From Epiperipatus broadwayi (lineage: Eukaryota; Animalia; Onychophora): a DNA stretch of 64,000 nt. This document shows positions 52,024 through 64,000 of the stretch, piece after piece; the first letter of the stretch is position 1; every line of letters starts with the position of its first letter. The notes below the pieces were generated by a model. That model did no database searches. It was not told where the DNA came from and saw only the letters and a program-made list of their open reading frames with translations. Location: the NCBI GenBank assembly GCA_028023455.1, contig JAQFVV010000002.1, forward strand, positions 17,670,001-17,734,000. The letters are read 5' to 3'. Made by a program: the position numbers and the translations under genes.

Positions 52024-52290
52024 TATGAGGACAAAATTAAATCAAAGACAAATAAAAATTACTTTTTTATCTTTAATTGCCATTTACATCCTATGTGATT
52101 GGGTTCAGTAACAAAGTGAGAGACTGTGAGTACATGGGATTCGAACTCGGGTTTGTCTATGAGGTCAAAATTAAATCAAAGACAAATAAAAATTACTTTT
52201 TTATCTTTAATTGTCATTTACATCCTGTATGATTGGGTTTAGTAACAACGTGAGAGATTGTGAGGACATGGGATTCGAACTCAGGTTTGT
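52024..52290 (-). repeat. 134-bp tandem duplication containing a tRNA B-box (SINE-like fragment)
   Basis: Units start at 52024 and 52158. Each has CATGGGATTCGAACTC, which is GAGTTCGAATCCCATG on the minus strand. Confidence 0.75.
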
Positions 52291-52959
52291 CATTTCTGGT
52301 ACTTGAACTTCTCAAGAACTGCAAACCAATCCTGTGATTAATTATTTATTTCTATTTGCAATTTTTTTAATTTTGCATCAAACTTATAATAAGTTGCAAT
52401 TAGAAATTTATGAAAAATATAATTTATTTCAAGGTGTTTGAAACAATTCTGAATGAAGCCTAAGGCATATTGATTACAGAGATTCTATTTAATAAAAATT
52501 AGACTTATTCTTATATGGTTTTTAAATCACCAAAATATGTTGTACTTTAAAAAAAGCAAAAGTCAAAATTAAAGTTTTTACTTAAATAAAACATAATATA
52601 AAAATAGTGTTTATGTCAAGAATTTAAATGTTCATATTTTTGTGCTTTCATCGGCTAAAGATGTCAAACTGTGATGACATATAACAAATGTAATGATCTG
52701 GTTTCATCTAAGTAAGCACATATTGCTTTAATATCTTTATAAATTTGTGAATATTACAGTGCCCATAGTTTTGTGATTTACACAACATTCTTTTAGTTAT
52801 TTAAAAATAAAAGTTTGGCCAAAGGTCTTATTATTGAAGAAGTTACTGACATTGCTAACATCTTTTTATTTAAATAACATGGAAACAAATTAGTGATTGG
52901 AGGTATTATATTATTTTGCAACATGAAAAGACAAATATTTTTGGGATGTTCTTTATTAC

Positions 52960-53300
52960 AGTCAAAATGAGTATGACAAAATTGGCAAACAAGGGCGTTG
53001 AACATGCTATTTATCAAATTTTCAATGATATGGATGGTTGAAGAGTTGGAGAATGGAGAAGATTGAAACCTGTCCATTAAAGTTTGAAGATTTTCTATGT
53101 TAATGTAAATCAAACATTGATTACATATAAGTGTGAGAAATGATGATCTAGACCAACTGATGAATAGTGGTTCAGCATGAAATATGTATACTGGAGATCA
53201 CTTATATTTTTCACATGTATGTGATCATATGTATTAGTTGTACAAGATGGAGTAGATGACTGAGGGGAGTTTGAATGTCTGGGATCAAATCCCCTTTAAT
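52960..53300 (+). mobile_element. Decayed family B copy (hammerhead remnant 53152-53195)
   Basis: ACCAA CUGAUGA AUAG UGGUUCA GCAU GAAA UAUGUAUA CUGGA; flanks are homologous to 13575-13855. Confidence 0.7.
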
Positions 53301-55341
53301 TACATTATATATACATACCAAAGTGATAGGCTGAGTACAATGTTTATGTTTAAGTGATCAACAGAGATTTTTTTACCTCTTAGAATTAATTTAGGGACCT
53401 CTGGTTCTTGAGTCTGCCATATCACAAATTAGTATATTCTTTTTATTGGCAGGTGCTAATTGAAATCAATAATTTTCTCACTGAAAATGGTGTGTAATTT
53501 ATTGTGACAGAAAGATGGTGTCATTGTAATCATATGATCATACCACTTATTGCATCTTAAAGATTAAAATGAAGATATTTTGCATTTGTGTATTTAGAAA
53601 TCAATTTTGCAATTTAATTATTTGATGAGTGATTGATTGCTATGATAACCATGTTCTAATGTGCTTATTTCTCATTTTTGTTAAAAACGTAAATGGAATA
53701 TGGGATGTTAATCTTATGTTATGATTAGTCAATAGAACCTTGTATATATAAATAATTTGCAACTAGAAATTCAACAGCTATAAATAAATTTTATGATTCG
53801 AGTTTATAATATTTATAAGTATCATGTTTTTGTATTAATGATCATAAATTAAGTATCGTGTTTTTAATTAAGTTTTTTTTTAAAAATTAACTAACTTTTA
53901 TGATGTTTTTGAAACTTCATATTAAGAAGTAAAGTTTAAATAAATCAAAATTATAACAGAGGTTATTAAATCTAGAGAACTTATAGTGATTTGTTATTTT
54001 AAAAAGATAATATCGATTAAAAAAAGTTCAAATTCTCCCTTTAAAAGATATGGGTGTGATAAGCAGGTGTGTAGAGTGGGCTAAATCAAGAAATAGAACT
54101 GTTTTGATAAGAGTTGACAATTATTTTAGTACTATATTGTGAAATTATATTAAGTTAATTTTTTTATTTTAGAACTTATTTAATTTATTTAAACATGTCA
54201 TTATAATAGGGCAAAGGTTATCTTTTATATTTATAACGTCTGCCCATTCAATTTTGTTTATAATAGTTGAATTTTAAAGGATTAATAGGGTGAGATTTGT
54301 AGTGACTAGAATATAAAAACTGTTAAAAATGTGGATGTACATAAAGAGTTATTTATATACTGTATTATTATTTTTTAAATCAAATTTCATCAAGTTTTTT
54401 AAATCATTATTTTCTCTAGATCATTTCTTCAAAAATATATAACCATTTTATTTTTAACAATATATAATGTATTTTAACATCTAAAATACAAGGAATAAAT
54501 CCTTTATGTTGCTTTTGCAACATTCTTTCTTTTTATATATTTTTATAGGTAGTTATATATATATAGACTGTTTTATGATGAAGTTTGAGTCTAGTATTCA
54601 AGACTGAAATAATTGGTTAAATCTATACAAAAACGTAGACACATTTCTCATTATATAATTTTTACGATGTTTTTTTATTATTTACTGTTGATAATTTTAA
54701 TTAATCAGCAATCTTTTTCAGAAATTTGAAAAAAATTACAGTTCCTTCTTACAAATCGCAAATAATTAAATTATCACAATTATTCAATCAAAATTGTCAA
54801 CTGTAAATAAAGAAATATTGTGAAAAGTTTATAGTGGAAAGTGGGTTTGTATAGATTTAATAAAAGCAATGCAATATGAGGGGGGGGGGATTAAAATGTC
54901 TTATGATTTACCATTGGTTGTCATCATGAGAAAACATCTTTTTTTTTTTTTTGCTATTTGTTTAATTTCATCTCATATCTTTTTATGTTTCTGAATGTTT
55001 ATCTACTTTTTTGTATTCTATATTTACAAAAGGTTTCTAAATAATACTTAGTATACTTCATAATATTTTCTTTTCTTTATAGTATACAATTCATCTTTTA
55101 CATCTACTATCTAATTGAGGAAACTTTTGTATACTCGTGTAAGTCTTTCTGCTAACCCACATCTAAGAGATATCCAATGATAAATGTTTATAATTTTTGA
55201 GCCATTTGATAGATTTTTATTTGAAGTTCACATTCCATTAAAAAAGTCAAAGTTAATAATGTTGTTTTCATTTTTATGTTTGTATACTTTTAAATTTATT
55301 GCAAACTATATTAATTGTTTTATACTTTGTCTTTTTGACAA

Positions 55342-55413
55342 ACGTTGGTGGCCTAGCGGTTAGCATAGCTGCCTTCCAAGCAGCTGGCCCAGGTTCGCTT
55401 CCCAGTCAATGCT
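55342..55413 (+). tRNA. tRNA-Gly(TCC)-like sequence, probably a pseudogene or the ancestral form of the SINE family
   Basis: ACGTTGGTGGCCTAGCGGTTAGCATAGCTGCCTTCCAAGCAGCTGGCCCAGGTTCGCTTCCCAGTCAATGC closely follows metazoan tRNA-Gly(TCC); anticodon at 55375-55377. Followed by the family trailer TTTGACAT and an A tail. Confidence 0.75.
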
Positions 55414-55939
55414 TTGACATATAAAAAAAAATATGTAGATTTTTTTTACATTTGGTTCTGGTATAATTATGTATATTAATGGTATGAAAAGATACTCAAG
55501 ATTTATAACTTAACATTAGTTTATTGAGATAGTAGAATAAAATGTATTAAATGGTTGACAAACAATGGCTAAATTCGTATCTGTAATGATGAAGTTTTGT
55601 TAATTATAGTCATTTGTTTTTAGTTATTTCAGCATGTTTGGGAATTTTTGCAGCCAATAATTTTTTTATTTTTTTTTGATCTTGCTACTGGAAAACTTAA
55701 TTATAAGAAATCCTTGTCACAGATTCATTTCTGGGCATAGTAGCCATCACAATTGTTAAATACTGAGTAAAAAAGTTAAAAGTAGATGAAAGAATAATTA
55801 CAGCATCTTGATTTACATCAGTATTATGAAAAAAGTATGTTTTAGATTGCAGGAATACTGAAAGATAACATGAATTAATAACTTAATGTAATTATTTTTA
55901 TAAAGTCAAAAAACTACGGAGAGACTTTCTTTTCAAATT

Positions 55940-56032
55940 TTTATTGATATACAATATATAACTTCACAAATAAATATAAATAGTCGACGTTTCGTCCATT
56001 TTTTAAATTTAATGATATGGACTTTATCAAGG
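55940..56032 (-). other. Hammerhead-variant motif followed by AATAAA; possible Penelope-like 3' terminus
   Basis: Minus strand: CUUGAUAA A GUCCAU-loop-AUGGAC GAAA CGUC, then AATAAA ~40 nt downstream. Helix I pairing is weak. Confidence 0.4.
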
Positions 56033-56464
56033 TTCTATAATTATTTTTATGTAAGTTTATAAGCTGAAGGATATTGTATATAAAAAGCGCTATTTAAATT
56101 TATGATGTCGTTTTGAAAATTAAGAACTGGAATAAATTGTATTAAGGAAGTGAAGGCATTGGAGAACTACTATTACAACACACACTTTTTATAATAAAAC
56201 GATCAAAATCCTGCAATGAATCATAAATGATATTACAAATGTGGAGGAATGCATTTGGTGGAGCAGCATGCATGTGCTATATATATACTCTTATATTTGA
56301 TGAATTTTTTTTGTTTTATTTGCTACTTTATCATTATTGAGTTAGCAAATATATGATGGATTAATTGTAAATTTTTACTAAAAGTCAAAGCAAATGTCTT
56401 TTAGATTATTAATGTTATCTTAAACATGTTTTTATAAATTTGAACCTTCAAAAATTTATTTCAA

Positions 56465-59015
56465 TTGACTTATATTCATGAATCTAAAGGTCTTGTTTGC
56501 CTGCTTCAGGAACTGGACTCGATTGCCCTTGAACTTAAACACCTACTATTTGAGGTGCAGAAAACCTCAAACATTCTTGTTTTAAAAGTTAATAATACAA
56601 ATTCATGCAGAAGGCCATGGCTGAGTACCTCTCAATCAAAAGGGCCCCGCAATACCTCCATCATCAACACTGCTGGACTAGCGGTTATCATAGATGGGCC
56701 CTTGGTTCTGGCAAAAGATCAAAGGTCCCCAGGTTGATTGTGGTATATGGTAACTGTTACTCTAGATCCTCCATGTTGGCCAGGATTCGTGACCACTATT
56801 CCAAAAAATTTCAACCATTCGGTATAATTAATTCACAGAGAAAATTCGTTGTGGAGGACTCTGATCCGCATCGTATTTCTAAAGCTAAAATATTATTAAA
56901 GTTGAAGTCATTTCCTGACTGTATGCATCCTGGGCTGCATGGAATTCCCAAGTTTTTGCTTTTGCATCTTCATGAATTTACTATGGTGGATCTTCTTGCT
57001 GATGACAGCCATGAAATTGATAGGATTTGTCCAATCACTATGGTTCCTCTTATCAAAAAGTAGGAAGCACCTCATGAGTTTCATCCGATATCAGTAGTAC
57101 CTTTGCTTGTTAAGATGATGGAAGGCCTCATTAGAGAGGACATTCAAGACAACATCTATTATCCTTTTATCAATTCGCCAAGAGGGGAAGCTCCACTGCT
57201 GATACTGTTATCCGATTTTACCTTCTTGTTGATCATGTTTGTAGGAAATTCCCGGCCAGTTGCAGTCCAACTTGGACTTTGCCAGGGTCTTTGATTGCAT
57301 CAGGATCAATATGCTACTTGGTCTACTAGAAGAACTCCTAGTGCCTTCCACATACCTCCAAATGATCGAGAACCTTCTTCAAAACCGTGAAGTGTTTCTC
57401 TCTTTGGATAGTCAAGTTGCTCCATGATTTCAGCCCTGTGTTTCCATCCCACAGGGCTCACCACTGAGTGCACTTCTCTTCATGCCCTGAATTAACCCAT
57501 TGCAGTTTCACATTGATGCTATCTTCTCAGGGATAGCCATCCCTATGCTGAACAAGAACATACATCATATTTCCTATATGGATGTATTTCTCTTGTCCCA
57601 GGATGAATTAACTCTGCTTGAAAATCTCTTGGACCGATTTGCTTGTCATTTTGGTTTCAGAGTTAATAGAAGGGTCTGCCATATGGTCCACTTTAATGGG
57701 CAAACAGATCCCAGGTGGTTGTGGGGCTCCCCCTCAAAAATTTCTTGGTTTCCATCTGGCTTCCCCCCCCCCCCCAACATCTATCATGAGGAGGGAATTG
57801 CAAAATTATTACTTACCAAAATTGATTGCATTGTTACATCCCTGTCTAAAGTTAACCTTTCTTTTGGGGAAAATCACCCTATTGAATGCCATGGTACTGT
57901 CAAAAATACTATATTACCTGGCTGGCTTTTCCCCAACAAATTTATTCATTAACAAAATTGAGACAATATGCAAGGAAATTGTGTTGGGGGTGGGGGGTAA
58001 GGCTGGTCATTAGAATGAATATACTACAGAAACCTAGTCTCCTTAATGGCCTTTCTCTTCATTCACTTAAAATCTTTTATCTACAATGGACTCACAATGT
58101 GCCATATAAAATATTTAAAGGTAACTCCAACATGGAATGCCCAGGAGACTATCCAAAATATCAAAACTTACGGTTCTTTTTTCCATAACAAGTTATGTTA
58201 CTGGAAGTCTACCATCTGGTTTTTACTGATAAAACCAAGACTATTAACTTGCTTTCTATTGGAATACCCCGGTTCACAAAATTAACTAAATCTCTCAAGC
58301 TTCGTCCCGAGTTGTTTGACTTTCTGCTGAAAATCAACCTTAGGGCTCAGCCTATGAAGGTCCTTACTTTGCTATCAAAGGGATTATAATATTGACACTT
58401 TCCCCCCATACCTCAAGCAGGAGGAGAGACCATTGCTCACATTTTGGATCAATGTGGATCATGGATTTACTTCCGAAACCTGTCTTTATGATAGATTAAT
58501 AATATGGATCCCACCAATGTTCTTCTCAAGACTGCAATCCAAAAGGGATGATTTGGACCCATTTGGCTTGATTCCTTTGTAAACTTTTCCATTTGGTCTG
58601 TCAGATGCAGGGTTATTTTTGATAAGGGGATTTGCTGTTCCATTGATGAACTTTTCTTTAATACCCTACCCAAATCAGTGAAAATGACAAATGGACTTGC
58701 CAATCCTGGTTGGCCAAACAGACCTGAGGCCAGACCAAGCTGTAGTTTAATCCTGCAAACCCTATTAGTCTTATCTTCTAACTCCATATGTAATCTTTGA
58801 AATCTATTTAACTCTATATATACTTATGTAATTTCTATATTTTATTTGTATACTTATTGATTCTATTGCCTTGTTTTCTGGCACCTTATGTAATCTTTGA
58901 AATTTGTTTTGTTGGCTTATCTGTATCATATGTAATCGTGGTACTTGATTTAATTCTGTATACTTATTGCCTTTCTTGTATTTTATGTATATGCGAATAA
59001 ATTTGGTTTTGAAAT
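56465..59015 (+). mobile_element. 5'-truncated, decayed Tx1/L1-like LINE (RT to 3' end)
   Basis: HPGLHGIPKFLL, PQGSPLS (~57450), KISYYLPG-like, ETIAHILDQC. Ends AATAAATTTGGTTTTGAAAT. Confidence 0.85.
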
Positions 59016-59140
59016 GTAGTAACTAATAATATTTAAAACTAGATTATCAAAGTAAAATAGATTAGAAAATCATGTTACTTTTTATAATAGAAATATATAT
59101 CATTTTTCTTTTTTTTTACATTGTTAGCTTAGTTATTTTT

Positions 59141-59680
59141 ACTTAGTTATCTGAGCCTTAATATTAACATTTTATTTTTGTGTCATTGTCATCATCACCA
59201 TTATTATTATTATCATCATCATCTCAGAATTCCAACTTTGAAATCTAGAAATAAAGATTTATTTTATTTACAAACATTAAAAAAAGAATAACTTGTTCCC
59301 CAATTTACTGGTTACAGATGGAATAAAACAATAACATTAAGGAGTTGGATATTTTTCATTTAAACAAATGACAATTTAAGAATAAAATTAAAGACATATT
59401 ATACAAGGAACTTAGTTATCTGAGCCTTAATATTAACATTTTATTTTTGTGTCATTGTCATCATCACCATTATTATTATTATCATCATCATCTCAGAATT
59501 CCAACTTTGAAATCTAGAAATAAAGATTTATTTTATTTACAAACATTAAAAAAAGAATAACTTGTTCCCCAATTTACTGGTTACAGATGGAATAAAACAA
59601 TAACATTAAGGAGTTGGATATTTTTCATTTAAACAAATGACAATTTAAGAATAAAATTAAAGACATACTATACAAGGAAC
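59141..59680. repeat. 269-bp tandem duplication, near-identical
   Basis: Units start ACTTAGTTATCTGAGCC at 59141 and 59410; one substitution seen. Confidence 0.95.
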
Positions 59681-60541
59681 CCTATAGATAAATATATATT
59701 ATTGTATTATTACTGTAAATACATGTGGCTACTAAGCTGTTATTAACAAATAAATTGAATTGAATAATAATAATATCATTATGATAATGATGATGCTGAT
59801 GTTTCAAAATGGCATTTTTTTGATTTAAAAGTAAAATTTTACATTGTTTACATTTGTACATACAAGATTTGTTTATATTGTTTACATTTTTATGTACAAG
59901 ATTTGTTTACATGGTATTTGTTTATCTTTTGTAATTATATTTATGTATAAGGGTACACAAGTCATGGAAGGGTTGAATGAAAACTTTTACATTGATTCAA
60001 TCTGTATATACATGCTCAGTAGCATGGTAATTATTTAATTTGAATAAAAAAAGATGGATGCATGGGAGGGTTTAGTTTTGTAAGCGCATTACAGATAGGA
60101 GTGATCTAAGTGACACATTGTTCATTGATTGAAATACATCTTAACATATGGAAATGTTTGTTTAAGAATTGTCCATAAGTTAGTGACTATGCATCAATCA
60201 TATAAATGAGTTTTAATAAGAAAAAAGTTATTGTCAATAAAAAATATAAATGTAATATTAATAAAATAAAAGTTATTGTTAGTTTAAGGAGTTCAAATTT
60301 TCATCGGAGAGGAGTTGGGTATGTGATCATTTTCTTTTGCATAGAGCGAGTACATTTGTGGCTATTAATGTGGCTATAACATTGCTTGCTGTTTTAATAG
60401 TGACCATGTGGCTGCTTATAGATGTGGGCTTGCTAAAATCTTGTCTCTATTTCATATTTCTGCCAATTTATTGTGAAAAGTACATGGGTCTCATCTGATG
60501 TTATTGCTCATTAAAAAAGTGCATCTTGTGCACCAAAATGC

Positions 60542-63500
60542 TTATTATTATTATTATTATTATTATTTTTTTCAAATCAAACTTTATTGTTCATAAAAAG
60601 TTACATTGTTAAAAATACATGGTTGGAAACTACATAGCTTTAGAACAAACAGATAAATATTATTGATACAATTCAAATAAATTGTTAGACATGTATGTAA
60701 ACTTGTAAACTGTGTATTTGCCTATGGTTTTATTATCATTGTCTGAAGGTAGTTTAAAATACTTTTTATTGAATTAAATATATTCTTTGGACTACTCAAT
60801 ACACATATGTGGTATTTAAAAAATTGTTGAAAAAGATATGTAGCAAAAAATAAATAAATAATTGTTCTTGTTACAGCAAAAGTCATTTTGGTTTTTGAGA
60901 TTATGGTCTGTCTCAGATTTTTAATAGTGACCATGTGCAAATATACCTGGATGTGCAATTTTTTCATCTTTGGCCTTTAGTTGTTCGAGCTTATTAGAGA
61001 ATGTGGCTGGGTGCCTTCTGGTGGGTGTTGTTTCCAAGGCAGAAAGTACATCTGGTGCACCATAAGTATGGAAACAAAATGTTGCTGCATGGGTTGCCGG
61101 AATTGAGTCTTTACTGAGTGTCTCTGTGACAATCATAATATCTCTGGTATTTGGCAGAATTGTGCAGGTGTGGAATAAGTGCTGTTACATTTCTTCTTAC
61201 CAGTGGCACAAAAAACAAAAAGCATCAATTTTAGTGTAAAATCTGTGGTATTTAAGGAAATAGGAGGTAGATAGAGTGTGAAGATTTAGCCTTAAGAGAA
61301 AGTCAAAAAATTTGGGTTTCAATGGCCATTATTTGAATCACTGCATCAAACAACTGTTCATATTTAGCATTGGTGACTGAGAATCAGTAGTTATGTCTGG
61401 ATGCAGCATATTATAAACACTCCAATAGATGTATCTACCAACACCCAAAAAAGATACCTGATCATAAATGCTTTGGAGTTGGCTTACGAGCAAAGACAAA
61501 TATCCATATGAAGGTGGTGGTCAGTCTGCGGATATTATTTGAAGGATGCATTCAAGCGATGGAAAACTTATCAGTGCAGCCAGTAGATTAATATTTTTTT
61601 TTGTTTATGAAAAATTTGAACGGATTGAAGACCTATTTCATTTCTGGTTGGTGGAAGACTAAGTCATTTTACAGAAATGGAGACTACTTTTCTTTGCCAC
61701 AATAGCTTGCTACAGAATGAGTAAATGGATGAAGTGAAAGATTTACTGAAGTTTATGATTGGTGAGTAATAGGTTATTTTTTGTAGTTGCAAGCTGATTT
61801 AAAAGGCATACTTTTGCATATAATGTGAGGTAGGTTTTGGAGGGAGAAGTGGTTGAGGGTTTAGCATCATCTTTCAGTTTTTTCTGAGTCTTTTGTCTCA
61901 TTCCAGAGGGCCCTAGGTAGAAAGGAAATACAAGGAAATTAGTTGGTTTACCATGATAAACTTGTATATGTATCTTGCCAGTGTAAATAAACCAAGCTGA
62001 TGTTTTATTAATGTTAATCTTGAGTTTATATTTGGTGTATTCATTAAGTATTTTTTCCAGAGTAGGTAGTTGTTTTTTTGGATATAAGAAAAACAGTAAG
62101 GTCATCCATGCATATAGTCCAGTGTATAGAATTTGAATTACTTGTAATTTTTGTTGTATTTTGTATATGAAATGGTTAATGTAGAACATAAATAATAAAG
62201 AGCTGAGTTGAGATCCTTGAGGTATGGATTGGTAGAATGAGAATGAAGATGATGTTCTATCATTAATTGTAATATGGATTTCATGACTAAGGAGTGGGTT
62301 GGTTAGTGTATAAGAGAGAGTGAGGTATTTTGGTGTTTGCTAATGTCTGAATTAAAATTTCAATAGTAACTGAGTCAAAAGCAGCCTCAATGTCAATTTG
62401 AACAGCCATTGGAGCATATTTCTTTTGCTCTCTAACTGAATTTACAATGGTTTTGAAAATGAGGGCTGTTCAGCCTGTTGAGGAGCCTTTTTTTTGCATA
62501 TTGCATTAGTGATAATAGAGAGAAGAGATATGGTTTGATTTTATCTTTTAGAACCTTTTCCAGGATTTTAATACTAAGGGAGCCCATGGAGATTGGTCAC
62601 AGATTAGATAGATTGGATATTGAAGCTTGCTTTTTGTTGAATAAAACTAAGAATTTTGTTATGTTAAACAGCCTTTGTAATAGACAATTTGCTAAATCAC
62701 ATAGATATGTGATAGTAAACTGACTGAGATGTAAAAATACGAATTTAGGGATCCTGTGTGGCCATGAATGACAAGAGTTTGGTATTGTGGTTAGCTTCAG
62801 CAAGAAATCAGTAGCTAGAATGATATATCTAACTCTGGTTGGCCAAATAGATCTTCAGGTAATGTGATGGTATAATGTGACTGCAGATTTTGATTGAAGT
62901 ATTTGTATACTGGTTCCATCATATTATGTCCAACTTTGATGACACCCTTGGTTTTAAGTGCTTGGAAAACTCTGACAGTGAAAGGATATCCCAGAGCCCA
63001 TCTAGTGTACCCTCATGTCCAGGTGTGTTGTTTTGTTAGACAGATTTTTTTTCTTTTTTGTGGCATGGTACTCTTTTAGAGTGTTGCAGATGTCATTATA
63101 TATTTGTGTGTCTTTTTATATGTGCATAGGTATCTGAAGTAGATTTACATGTGGTGATTCTTTTATTAATTCATTGGCCAAAGTTATTAGTCTTGAAGAT
63201 GTTGGTGTGATTCTGGTAATGTGATTTATATTAAATGACAGAATGTTGATAAAGAAAATGTACCATTGAACAGGATCAAGTTGCATAATGTTTCAGAGTA
63301 TAAGAATTTAGAACTGTGTGCAGGAAGAATTATTCTTGTTGTTTTATGAAGTTGAATTATTGATGTTTGCATTGCACTTAGATTGAGTTCGAGCATTTGA
63401 CTAAAGTGATCAGAAAAGGGTGAGGGATTAAGTGTTAACTTAATTAAGTGATGAAGCATGGGTGAATAAAAAGCACAGGTCAATATGTGAGGTGTGACAA

Positions 63501-63850
63501 CTGTTGAAGAAAGAGATGGATTTGGATGGTAAGTAACCTTCAGCAATCATTAAGTATATTGCAAGTTGATGTAGCCACTTTGAAACAAAAGTTTGATAAC
63601 TCATGTTAAAGTCGCCCATTAAAACAACTGGGTAAGAGATTGATGATTGTAGTGAGTTGATGGTAAGCAGTAATCTTGAAATGACAACTGGTCCCAGAGG
63701 TATGTAAACAAAAATTATGTTGAGTGCAACAGTACAGTGGTGAAAAGTGACTATTTGTGGGTTTGAATCAATGTACACCTGGGTCTCATTTTATGTGGAT
63801 TATTTTAATGTGATTTTGAAGTTATGCGATTCATGTTTCTTCTTAATATC
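60542..63850 (-). mobile_element. Decayed Tx1/L1-like LINE (APE to 3' end) with A/(TAA)n tail
   Basis: APE VLMGDFN...SHIDLCF...SDH, then HSWPHRIPKFVFLHLSQFT, then a C-terminal C..C...HLFHTC. 3' end AATAAAGTTTGATTTGAAAAAAAA(TAA)n. Confidence 0.82.
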
Positions 63851-64000
63851 TTTCATATTTCACTATATTTATTAGATATCAAGAAATAAAAATTATTAAT
63901 AACTTATTTTGACTTGGAAATTTTTTTTTTTCAAAAATATAACCTTATATTAGCAGCTAACATGAATATGGCCTGAAGATGTATTTAGAATCTTAGCTTC

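Noticed and set aside
55342-55413. Functional tRNA-Gly gene
   Set aside because: Acceptor and T-stem mismatches, an altered T-loop (GTTCGCT), and the SINE-family trailer plus A tail rather than a T-run terminator.

Overview
This is a very AT-rich eukaryotic (probably invertebrate) window made mostly of transposon remnants. Only one host coding exon is recognisable: a PhzF/PBLD-type exon at 33056-33249. The mobile content includes a near-intact full-length Tx1/L1-clade LINE (15290-21613, 14-bp TSD) and three degraded relatives, RTE and CR1/Jockey-type fragments, and a decayed Penelope-like element (RT + GIY-YIG). There is also a Gypsy integrase remnant, three hAT remnants and a tRNA-Gly-derived short SINE family. 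The most notable signal, absent from the ORF track, is that several sequence-distinct non-coding repeat families each carry a type I hammerhead ribozyme motif (CUGANGA-helix II-GAAA-short helix III-NUH-helix I). They occur as fold-backs, as ~360-bp tandem monomers, or next to tRNA-like Pol III modules, which resembles Penelope pseudo-LTRs and retrozymes. All folds and alignments were done by eye. Boundaries of decayed elements are approximate.
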